Positions 1 to 6,976 of a DNA stretch of 33,286 bases are shown in pieces. Position 1 is the stretch's first letter. Every line of letters starts with the position of its first letter. A program made the position numbers and the translations under genes. Under the pieces are notes generated by a model that saw nothing but the letters and a program-made list of their open reading frames with translations, searched no databases and had not been told where the DNA came from. This DNA is from an uncultured Enterobacteriaceae bacterium (lineage in GTDB: Bacteria > Pseudomonadota > Gammaproteobacteria > Burkholderiales > SG8-39), in NCBI GenBank assembly GCA_964420785.1, contig CAYQVE010000003.1:1-33286 (forward strand). The letters are read 5' to 3'.

Positions 1-2
1 CT

Positions 3-200
3 CGGGTGGTTGTGTTAAGCAGCTCCGCACCCCGCGAGGTCCGGGCCAAGCTACTCCAGTGCAGACAGCAGGGGATCTGCCGGGTGATGTTGTTAGGCCA
101 CACGGCTAAATGCACCGTTGAGAGGTTCGGCTACCTGGTCCGTGAGGACATATGTTTGGCGGTTGACGGGATGTTTGCCGATTGGGCGTGGGCGTGGTGA
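3..200 (+). CDS. 3' end of a hypothetical ORF entering from upstream of the window (partial)
   Basis: The frame is open from the window edge to TGA at 198-200. I recognised no motif. The 78-bp palindrome follows immediately. Confidence 0.25.
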   Translation, partial: RVVVLSSSAPREVRAKLLQCRQQGICRVMLLGHTAKCTVERFGYLVREDICLAVDGMFADWAWAW

Positions 201-201
201 T

Positions 202-279
202 AATTTACCACTAGACTTGCTCCGCTCGCCCCCGCTCGGGGTGCGCAGGGGGGAGCGGAGCGGAGTTTAGTGGTAAATT
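202..279. repeat. 78-bp imperfect palindrome; complete copy of an att-like recombination site (left arm, 14-nt centre, right arm)
   Basis: The left arm AATTTACCACTAGACTTGCTCCGCTCGCCCCC (202-233) is the inverted complement of GGGGGGAGCGGAGCGGAGTTTAGTGGTAAATT (248-279). The centre is GCTCGGGGTGCGCA. The left arm plus centre recurs at 8541-8590. Confidence 0.7.
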
Positions 280-303
280 AACAAGATATCAGCAGAGGGA
301 ATC

Positions 304-2145
304 TTGAGGGAGAAAAGTGAACGAATCTCCGGGTTGGGCGCGGCCGCGTCCAGCCAGGGGTGGCGCTTGTTGCGCCAAGTGTTGTCAGTGCTGCCGTTGG
401 CGTCGCTGTCGTTGCCCCCGGCTTGGGCCGGCTGCCAGCTCCAGCAGATGGAGATCCCGGTCCGCATCGTCGACTTGCGCCCGGTCGCGACGCTGACGCT
501 CAACGGAACCGAGGTGCCGCTGCTGGTGGACAGCGGCGCCTTCTTCAGCACGCTAAGCGCGTCCACCGCCAAGCAACTGAAGCTGCCACTGCTCAGCCTG
601 CCCGCCGGCCTCCGTGTCGAGGGCTATACAGGTCAGATCGAAACCAAGCTGACCGTCGTCGAAAAGGTCGGTTTGCTCGGCGTCCAGCTGTCCCGCCGCG
701 AGTTCCTCGTCGGCGGCAACGAGCTGGGCGCCGGCATCATGGGGGTGCTGGGCCGCAACATCCTGTCGGCAGCGGACACCGAGTACGACCTGGCGCACGG
801 CGTGGTGAGGCTGAGCTTTCCGAAAGGCGAGTGCGACAAGACCAACTTCGCCTACTGGGCCGGCGAGGCCCCCGTGGTAGTGACCCCATTGGAGCTCTAC
901 CACGTCCGGGACACGGTGATCCGCCTGGGAGTCCGCATCAACGGCACCCGGACCCTGGCTCTGCTGGATACGGGGACGCCCCGGACGTCGCTGACGCTGA
1001 GCGCAGCGCGCCGCGCCGGTGTTGAGGAGCGCGACCTGATGCCCTCTGGCCGTACCGGTGGCGCCGGCGAGGGCCTGGTGAAGTCATGGCGCGGCCGGGT
1101 CGCCCTGTTCGAGCTGGGCGGGGAGAAGATCACCGAAAACTTCCTTAAGATCGACGACACCCATCATCCCGACTTCGGCGTGCTCCTGGGGCTGGACTAC
1201 TTCCTGTCCCATCGCATCTACGTTTCGCGCCTGCAGCGACAAGTCTACGTCACCTGGAACGGCGGTCCCGTCTTCGCGCAGGGTCGCGCGATGCCTGGGA
1301 GCTACGACACCCGCTATGCGGCGCTGCCGCAGGACGTCGCGAAGGATGACGCCGACTCGCTGGCTCGGCGCGGTGCCGCCGCCATTGCCGCAAGGGACTA
1401 CCCGCGCGCGCTGGAAGACCTGAACCGCGCCTGCGAGCTGGCGCCGGGGGTGGCGGACTACTTCTACGCCCGTGCGCGGGTGCGCTTGGCGATGCTCCAG
1501 GGCGGTCCGGCGCTCGCCGACCTCGACGAGGCGTTGCGTCTCGATCCTGCGCTGGCCGAGGCGCGCATGCGCCGCGCCGTCGTGCGCGCCGAGCTGGGCG
1601 ATCGCCCCGGCGCGCAGGCGGACCTCACGCAACTCGATGCGGCACTGCCGCCGTCGGCCCCCCTGCGCGCCGACATGGCGGCTCTGTATGCGAGCTTCGA
1701 TCGTGCGCCCGAGGCGCTGCGGCAGTTCGACCTCTGGGTGAGCACCCACCAAAAGGATGCACGGCTGGCCGGAGTCCTCAACAGTCGATGCTGGCTGCGT
1801 GCTCGACTGAACATCGACCTGCCGCTGGCGCTCGACGATTGCAAGGAGGCCGTGCATAGGGACGACGGCGCAGCGGCCTATCGCGACAGCCTGGGCTGGA
1901 CCTACTTGCGCCTGGGCGATGCGGCGAAGGCGAAGAGAGTCTTTGACGGTGCGATCAAGCTGGAGGCGCGTCCCCTTTCGCTGTACGGCCGGGCGTTGGC
2001 TCAGCTGCGGTTGAACGACACGGCCAGCGCCGAGCGCGATTTGACGGCCGCTCGGAAGCTGAAGCCGCTCATCGACGAGGAAGTGCTGAAGCAGGGGTTT
2101 GAATTCGCGGAAGGCGTGGCACGGCCGAAGGTATCCGGATCCTGA
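304..2145 (+). CDS. secreted protein with two retropepsin-like aspartyl protease domains and a C-terminal TPR region
   Basis: Two clan-AA active-site motifs are present (LVDSGAFFSTLS and LLDTGTPRTSLT). The N-terminus is signal-like (LPLASLSLPPAWAGC). The C-terminal ~270 aa are Ala/Leu/Arg-rich TPR-like repeats. The true start may be an internal TTG near 334-370. Confidence 0.8.
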   Translation: MREKSERISGLGAAASSQGWRLLRQVLSVLPLASLSLPPAWAGCQLQQMEIPVRIVDLRPVATLTLNGTEVPLLVDSGAFFSTLSASTAKQLKLPLLSLPAGLRVEGYTGQIETKLTVVEKVGLLGVQLSRREFLVGGNELGAGIMGVLGRNILSAADTEYDLAHGVVRLSFPKGECDKTNFAYWAGEAPVVVTPLELYHVRDTVIRLGVRINGTRTLALLDTGTPRTSLTLSAARRAGVEERDLMPSGRTGGAGEGLVKSWRGRVALFELGGEKITENFLKIDDTHHPDFGVLLGLDYFLSHRIYVSRLQRQVYVTWNGGPVFAQGRAMPGSYDTRYAALPQDVAKDDADSLARRGAAAIAARDYPRALEDLNRACELAPGVADYFYARARVRLAMLQGGPALADLDEALRLDPALAEARMRRAVVRAELGDRPGAQADLTQLDAALPPSAPLRADMAALYASFDRAPEALRQFDLWVSTHQKDARLAGVLNSRCWLRARLNIDLPLALDDCKEAVHRDDGAAAYRDSLGWTYLRLGDAAKAKRVFDGAIKLEARPLSLYGRALAQLRLNDTASAERDLTAARKLKPLIDEEVLKQGFEFAEGVARPKVSGS

Positions 2146-2319
2146 CTCGCGAGACTGCGAGTCACGCGGGCGTCGGCAGGCGATGGCGCGGAGGAGGTGA
2201 CCAACGACAGGAAGACCATGCTTCAATGCCTGTCAATCAAGCCCCTGACTTGCCGCTTACCATCGGAGGACTATGAGCATCAAGGTGCTTGCGTTCCTAC
2301 TTGGTTTCTCCGAAGACCG

Positions 2320-2439
2320 CAGGAAACGTTGGGCGTGCCCGGGGGATTTGAAGCCTCGCATTCTCCGTTCCCGTTCTCGGGTCGGCTCGTGGGAGTTCTC
2401 GGCCCGATTGTTGAGCCGCCGACCCCGACGATGCTCCAC
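2320..2439 (-). pseudogene. IS6-family transposase C-terminal fragment (remnant)
   Basis: The translation ...RRLNNRAENSHEPTRERERRMRGFKSPGHAQRFL matches the conserved IS6/IS6100-type C-terminal block. A stop lies a few codons upstream. There is no DDE core and no terminal inverted repeat. Confidence 0.6.
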
Positions 2440-2903
2440 GGTGGGCAGCCCCTATGATTGGGCTGCCGGCTGCTCCCTCCTTCGACGGCTCCATGCGGCG
2501 CGAAAAGAATCAAAGCGGGATGGGCGCCCGACGGTAAGAAGTAGTAGATTTAACGCTCGGAAATCGAAGTTAAATCGACCGAAAATCGTGCCATCGACTC
2601 CTCCCGGTCATCCCGTTTCGGCGCAAAATCAAGCCGTTCGGTCGAAAAAAAGCGGCGTAGCGCGTTAGAACGACCTTTACAGGAACAAACTCTATGGCCT
2701 TCCTCCTCGTTTCTGTGATCGCTGTCGGGGTCCTGCATCGCGGTGCTGAATAAGGGCTTCTCCTGAACCTTGAAGGTCGATTTAAGAACGAAGTTCTCGG
2801 CTTGAACCGCCGCGCCTAGCCCGACGGGGCGAAAGCCGGGACACCCTTGCCCGGCCGGCGCGGCTCCTCTCGCAAAGGGCGAACCGTGTGAAGGGGCGCG
2901 GGC

Positions 2904-3512
2904 ATGGCGAGGTTCACCGTTCACAAGAAGGCGTGGGCGCTGGCTGGGAAGCCGAAGTTCACAGTCGAAGGACCGGGTGCGGCGACGTGGCCGTGGCCGA
3001 CAACCCAAATCAATCCGAAAACGCCGCGCCGAACGGTCGTCGACGGCACGTGGACCTCCGAAGGGGTGAAGGCGCTGAAGAAGACGTTGGAGGAGGTCGC
3101 GCTCGACCAAGACGAACACCGACGTCGGCTGCGTGAGCTCAACGAGCAGCACCGCCGCATTCATGAGGAACGCGCCGCGGACCTGCGGCGCCGGCTGGAG
3201 AGCCGCGACGCAGACATCATCAAAGCGGCGCTCGCCGAGCTAGAGGCCGAGGCGCATGAGCATCAGCGGCACATGGAAGATCGCACCAGACAGGCGAAGG
3301 CGCAAGGCGACGGCGCCAAGGCGAAGGCCGAGACGAAGGCCAAGCTGCACCGGAAAATCCTGACGGATGCCCGCGCCCTGGCCCGCAAGCCGGAGGCCGG
3401 CTCGAAGCCGTACGGTAAGCTCGCCTGGGTGCGTGGACAGCTCGCGACAAAGTACGGTCTCACCGTGCAGCAGATCCGGAACATCGTAAGACGGGAAAGC
3501 CTCGAAGGCTGA
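2904..3512 (+). CDS. hypothetical island protein: charged coiled-coil region with a C-terminal HTH-like segment
   Basis: The 202-aa ORF starts at ATG. It has a long Arg/Glu/Lys-rich helical stretch and the tail KLAWVRGQLATKYGLTVQQIRNIVRR. It lies directly upstream of alpA. Confidence 0.55.
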   Translation: MARFTVHKKAWALAGKPKFTVEGPGAATWPWPTTQINPKTPRRTVVDGTWTSEGVKALKKTLEEVALDQDEHRRRLRELNEQHRRIHEERAADLRRRLESRDADIIKAALAELEAEAHEHQRHMEDRTRQAKAQGDGAKAKAETKAKLHRKILTDARALARKPEAGSKPYGKLAWVRGQLATKYGLTVQQIRNIVRRESLEG

Positions 3513-3581
3513 ACAAAAAGGCGAAAATACGCTGGACCCGAGGACCGCGGATCTGTAGGAATCGGTAGAAAAGAGGATAGG

Positions 3582-3606
3582 CTCGGAACTCTAAGGAGGT
3601 TCCGAG
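3582..3606 (+). promoter_or_regulatory. 8-bp hairpin enclosing the alpA ribosome-binding site
   Basis: CTCGGAAC (3582-3589) pairs with GTTCCGAG (3599-3606). The loop TCTAAGGAG carries the AAGGAG Shine-Dalgarno. The GTG start is at 3608. Confidence 0.35.
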
Positions 3607-3607
3607 A

Positions 3608-3814
3608 GTGCGACTACTTCGACTGCCGGCCGTCATGGAATTGACGGGATTGAGCCGCTCTGAAATTTATCGGAGGTTGGCGCGTGGAGAGTTCCCACGC
3701 CGGATTCAGCTGAGCGATTCCGGACGCGCCATCGCCTTCGACGAGCGGGAAATTCAGGAATGGATTCGCGCTTGCGTTGCGCGGCGCGACAGCCGGGAAA
3801 CCGTGGGAGCGTGA
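3608..3814 (+). CDS. alpA: AlpA-family phage/island transcriptional regulator (MerR-like HTH)
   Basis: MRLLRLPAVMELTGLSRSEIYRRLARGEFPRRIQL...EREIQEWI is the canonical AlpA/Phage_AlpA pattern. AAGGAGG lies 8 nt upstream of the GTG. Confidence 0.85.
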   Translation: MRLLRLPAVMELTGLSRSEIYRRLARGEFPRRIQLSDSGRAIAFDEREIQEWIRACVARRDSRETVGA

Positions 3815-3918
3815 CACTCGCCCCGCTCCGTCTTCGGCGGGGCGATCGCCCTCGGCTTCGTCGGCGAGCTTCATCCTCTTCTACATCTTCATCATGCCTG
3901 ACTCTGAGCAGCATCGTC

Positions 3919-5466
3919 ATGGGTGAGCCCGCCGCGGCGATCCCGTTCGACTCGGCCCCGCCGCATTCGGTCGAGGTCGAGCAGTCCGTCCTCGGAGCGC
4001 TTCTGATCGACAACAACGCGTTCGGCAAAATCGCCGGCGTGATCGCAGAGGAAGATTTCTGCCGGGACGATCACCGGCGCATCTTCCGGCACATCGCCCG
4101 CCTACTCGCGAGAGGAAGCCCGGCCGACGTGGTCACGGTCGCCGAGTCGATCAAGGCGAGCGAGGACAAGGACAAGAGCGGCGGCTTCACCTATCTCGCT
4201 GCGCTGGCCGGCAACACACCTTCGGCGCAGAACATCGCAGCGTATGCTGCTGTCGTAGTTAAGCATGCGCAACTGCGCAGGCTCTTTGACACCGGCGTCG
4301 AGCTGACGGTCGCGGCAAAGAAGCCCGGCGCGGATCCCCAAGCGATTCGGCAGGAGATCGAAGAAAAGTTGAGCGCGTTGGGCGCTGCCGATCGCGGCCT
4401 GAGCGCCCTTGATCTCGTCGCCCTCGGCGAGTGCGAGCCCGTCGCGCCCAGGCACATTGTGCCCGCGTGGCTGCCGGCGGGCGAGGTGACGTTGCTTTCT
4501 GGTCATGGCGGCTCCGGGAAAAGCGTCATCGCATTGCACCTCGCCATGTGCATCGCCTTGGGCCGGCCATGGCACGGACTGCCGGTCGAGCAGCGCCGCG
4601 TCACATATCTCTCGGCCGAGGATCGCGCCAAGGTTTTGCATTGGCGCCTGACGCGCATCGCGCGCTACCTCGGCGCGGCGATGGTTGATCTTGCCGGGCT
4701 GCTGGAGGTCGTCGACGTCTCGGGGTCCGATGCGGAGCTAATGCGAGACACTCGCGATGGGCCCGAGCTCACACCACTCTACGGAAAACTTCGCGGCCGA
4801 TCTCGAAATCTGATTGTCCTCGACGGCGCGAGCGATCTCTACGGCTGCTCCGAAATCATTCGTCCGCACGTGCGCCGGTTCATTCGCGCGGTACGCTCGC
4901 TCACGTCGGAAGAGGGCGCCGTGCTGGTGGTCGGTCATATCGACAAGGCCGCAGCGCGCGGCAAAGAATCGGGCGACCGCTACAGCGGGTCGACCGCTTG
5001 GCACAACTCGGTGCGGGCACGATGGAGTCTCGTCGCGACGGGGCAGGATGCTCTCGTGCTCGAGCTCGCCAAAGCGAACAACGCGGCCGCGGGCGCGGAG
5101 CTCCGGCTTCGATGGGATGCGGATGCGCACGTCTATGTCGCCGACGAGGCGCCCGCCCAAGGCGGCATTGTGGGCGCGATCAAGGAGCGCCAGATTCGCG
5201 ACGGCGTCCTTGCCGCAATGCGAGCGTGCGCGGAGGCCGGCATTGCCGTACCTGCGGCGATGACCGGACCGCGAACGGCCTATCACGTGCTACGAGCTCA
5301 GGCGACATTCCCGGCCGATCTGGCGGCGGATAGCCGGGCGGCGAGGCGCCGATTTTGGGCTGCAATCGAGGATTTGCGCGCATCACGCGCGATTGAAGAG
5401 CTCGTGATACGCGCCCAACACCGTCACGCCGTGGCTACGCTCGTGTTGCTCGCAGGGGCGTCGTGA
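3919..5466 (+). CDS. island replication protein: DnaB N-terminal domain fused to an AAA_25/RepA-like RecA-fold ATPase
   Basis: The N-terminus PHSVEVEQSVLGALLID...DFCRDDHRRIFRHI is DnaB-N-like. The Walker A is LLSGHGGSGKSVIAL. The ATG at 3919 is preferred over the track start at 3760, which overlaps alpA in another frame. Confidence 0.8.
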   Translation: MGEPAAAIPFDSAPPHSVEVEQSVLGALLIDNNAFGKIAGVIAEEDFCRDDHRRIFRHIARLLARGSPADVVTVAESIKASEDKDKSGGFTYLAALAGNTPSAQNIAAYAAVVVKHAQLRRLFDTGVELTVAAKKPGADPQAIRQEIEEKLSALGAADRGLSALDLVALGECEPVAPRHIVPAWLPAGEVTLLSGHGGSGKSVIALHLAMCIALGRPWHGLPVEQRRVTYLSAEDRAKVLHWRLTRIARYLGAAMVDLAGLLEVVDVSGSDAELMRDTRDGPELTPLYGKLRGRSRNLIVLDGASDLYGCSEIIRPHVRRFIRAVRSLTSEEGAVLVVGHIDKAAARGKESGDRYSGSTAWHNSVRARWSLVATGQDALVLELAKANNAAAGAELRLRWDADAHVYVADEAPAQGGIVGAIKERQIRDGVLAAMRACAEAGIAVPAAMTGPRTAYHVLRAQATFPADLAADSRAARRRFWAAIEDLRASRAIEELVIRAQHRHAVATLVLLAGAS

Positions 5467-5473
5467 GCACCTT

Positions 5474-5561
5474 GCGCGTATGCGCTTGAAGTGGCATTGC
5501 GCGCTATTAGCGCAAGCGCCCCAGGCGCGTATGCGCGTATCACGCGCGGGGGGTTCGGGGG
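5474..5561. repeat. repeat/palindrome cluster immediately 3' of the replication gene (candidate island origin)
   Basis: GCGCGTATGCGC occurs at 5474-5485 and 5525-5536. The inverted repeat TTGCGC...GCGCAA lies at 5497-5515. GGGGGGTTCGGGGGG lies at 5547-5561. Confidence 0.3.
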
Positions 5562-5770
5562 GCGCGCGCGCACAAACATCGAAGCCCGGGCGGACAAGGT
5601 CACAAGAACGACTTTCGTTGCTCCCACACGACCGAATGGAAGTCTAGTCCTATGCCGCGCGCGATGTAGTGCAGGCGGAGTCGGTCACGACGCCCAGGTG
5701 CATAAACAGTCTTGGGGCGACTTAGCAAGGACAAGCAACGGTTGAGGAAGAACGACCAACGCATGATGCC

Positions 5771-5833
5771 GCCTAACGGCGGAGCTAAGGGGCGCGCCGC
5801 TTGCGGTGCGTCCCCTTGAGCGACGGGTTAGGA
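5771..5833 (-). other. attC recombination site (63 nt) ending cassette 2
   Basis: The minus strand reads TCCTAAC-CCGTC-GCTCAAG-(25 nt)-CTTAGCT-CCGCC-GTTAGGC. 1L matches RYYYAAC in 6 of 7 positions and 1R matches GTTRRRY exactly. The central stem GCT[C]AAGGGG[A]CGC.CCGC/GCGG.GCGCCCCTTAGC has extrahelical bases. The ORF stop TAG lies inside 2R. Confidence 0.8.
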
Positions 5834-6135
5834 GTCGAGGTGGGCGATGGTGAGTCAGATTGAGGTGGCGTTCCGAACCATTTTGGAACGAGATAGGAGA
5901 GCGGAATAGCTGCGACCGCGACGATCAGGCTAACCATAGCGAGTTCCGGGCCGTAGCGATTCGCGAATGATGGATCGAACTCAGACACTGAGAAGCCGGC
6001 AAGAAACTCGCTGAAGGGCAAAGTAAACAACAAGAGCGCTCCGAGGCACGCAAAGAGAATTGGAAGAATGAGGCGCCCATCTCTGGTCGCGAGCCAATAC
6101 AGCATGCCCAACACAGCTACAAAAAAACAGGCCAT
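5785..6135 (-). CDS. integron cassette ORF: small multi-pass membrane protein (hypothetical)
   Basis: The protein has 3-4 hydrophobic helices. I prefer the ATG at 6135, which overlaps the upstream stop as TAATG; the track start at 6168 lies inside the upstream gene. The 3' end is encoded by attC. Confidence 0.5.
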   Translation of the reverse strand: MACFFVAVLGMLYWLATRDGRLILPILFACLGALLLFTLPFSEFLAGFSVSEFDPSFANRYGPELAMVSLIVAVAAIPLSYLVPKWFGTPPQSDSPSPTSTPNPSLKGTHRKRRAP

Positions 6136-6650
6136 TAGTACGTACCCCCCGACATCTGTCGGAACCACGACCCACCCATAGGGGATGAAATCGCCAAGAA
6201 ATCACTTTTCAAAGCAGCAAATACAGCGTCTACCTGCTCAGGAGATGCCCCCTCCACTTCAAGACGGCGGTCGTGGTCGTAGAAGATCATTGAGACGGTT
6301 GCGACCGGGGCAGAACTGCGCGGGTACTGCGTAGCCGTATAGCGGAATTCTGTTGCGAGCTTCGGTAGCTTCGCCCCCGCGCCCCGAAGCTGATGACCGG
6401 GGATCTCGATCTGCGTCTCTCCATGCTTAAGCTGCGCGCTCTCGGAAACCCTGTCGCCACGGAATGATGCGTTTGCGGTCGTGAGTGACCTCGCCGACTT
6501 GTCGAGTGCAGACTGAAGTTCGTCATACGTGATGCGCAGCGGCGGGAGCGAGGTCGTTTTGGTGTAGGTCGGCTCGTCAGCGAGGAGCGTGCCAGCGCGA
6601 GCGGAGACCATGAGCAGAACCATTACGATGACGAAACGCCTGCGGGGCAT
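6135..6650 (-). CDS. integron cassette ORF: secreted hypothetical protein
   Basis: The 171-aa protein has the signal-like N-terminus MPRRRFVIVMVLLMVSARAGTLLA. I recognised no family. It starts 16 nt after the attC 1R core. Confidence 0.55.
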   Translation of the reverse strand: MPRRRFVIVMVLLMVSARAGTLLADEPTYTKTTSLPPLRITYDELQSALDKSARSLTTANASFRGDRVSESAQLKHGETQIEIPGHQLRGAGAKLPKLATEFRYTATQYPRSSAPVATVSMIFYDHDRRLEVEGASPEQVDAVFAALKSDFLAISSPMGGSWFRQMSGGTY

Positions 6651-6665
6651 ATGCCGGCTGTCGAC

Positions 6666-6754
6666 TCCTAACGATTAAGCTAACGGGCAGACAAAAGCGC
6701 AGCTTTTGGCTGTCCAGCGAACGAAGTGAGCGGCAGTTGAGCGTATTGTTAAAA
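6666..6754 (-). other. attC recombination site (89 nt) ending cassette 1
   Basis: The minus strand reads TTTTAAC-AATAC-GCTCAAC-(51 nt)-GTTAGCT-TAATC-GTTAGGA. 2L and 2R pair with one extrahelical C. The internal hairpin is GGACAGCCAAAAGC-TGC-GCTTTTGTCTGCCC. The site begins 6 nt after the ORF stop. Confidence 0.7.
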
Positions 6755-6760
6755 GCGCAA

Positions 6761-6976
6761 TCACTTTCCGCACTCTTTGCATGTCCAGCCGCCAACTTTT
6801 GTGTTTAGCACTAGCCAGATTACAAGCAGAACGAGCCAAGCCCCTGCGGTGATGACGGTCAACACAATATGGACAAGAAACATGATGAGGCTTGTTTTGT
6901 TTGTGTTCCGTAAATGCACGGTTTTTCTCTGGCATTTCGAGCAGTGTTTCAGGGTTTCTTCGATTGCTTTGGCCAT
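6761..6976 (-). CDS. integron cassette ORF: small zinc-ribbon membrane protein
   Basis: The 71-aa protein has CSKC near the N-terminus and CKEC at the C-terminus, flanking two hydrophobic helices. GC is visibly low relative to the neighbours. Confidence 0.55.
   Translation of the reverse strand: MAKAIEETLKHCSKCQRKTVHLRNTNKTSLIMFLVHIVLTVITAGAWLVLLVIWLVLNTKVGGWTCKECGK

Noticed and set aside
202-279. 78-bp palindrome considered as an integron attC site
   Set aside because: Neither strand has an RYYYAAC/GTTRRRY pair in the correct 5'/3' orientation, and there is no 7-5-7 box layout. Similarity to the second copy breaks at the centre, not at a 1R core. The real attC sites (5771-5833, 6666-6754) look quite different.
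2143-2164. 8-bp hairpin TGACTCGC/GCGAGTCA at the protease-TPR stop codon, considered as a terminator
   Set aside because: No U tract follows it (the next bases are CGCGGGCG), so it is not a canonical intrinsic terminator. Its function, if any, is unclear.
1084-2226. Long antisense or alternate-frame ORFs (1084..2226 -, 9489..11117 -, 10820..12541 +, 11121..12026 -, 12797..13564 -, 24930..26669 -, 27823..28755 -, 29550..30731 -, 20318..21067 -)
   Set aside because: Their Arg/Ala/Gly/Pro-rich, low-complexity translations are typical of shadow frames in GC-rich DNA. Each fully overlaps a gene with clear family motifs on the other strand or frame.
2694-2753. 19-codon hydrophobic ORF (MAFLLVSVIAVGVLHRGAE) with an AGGAA upstream, considered as a type I toxin-like peptide
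   Set aside because: It is too short to distinguish from chance in a single sequence. I could define no antisense RNA signature or conservation evidence.
3760-3918. Track start at 3760 for the replication protein (568 aa)
   Set aside because: The extra 53 residues are Arg/Ser-rich, overlap the alpA coding region in another frame and precede the DnaB-N homology. The ATG at 3919 is the more plausible start.
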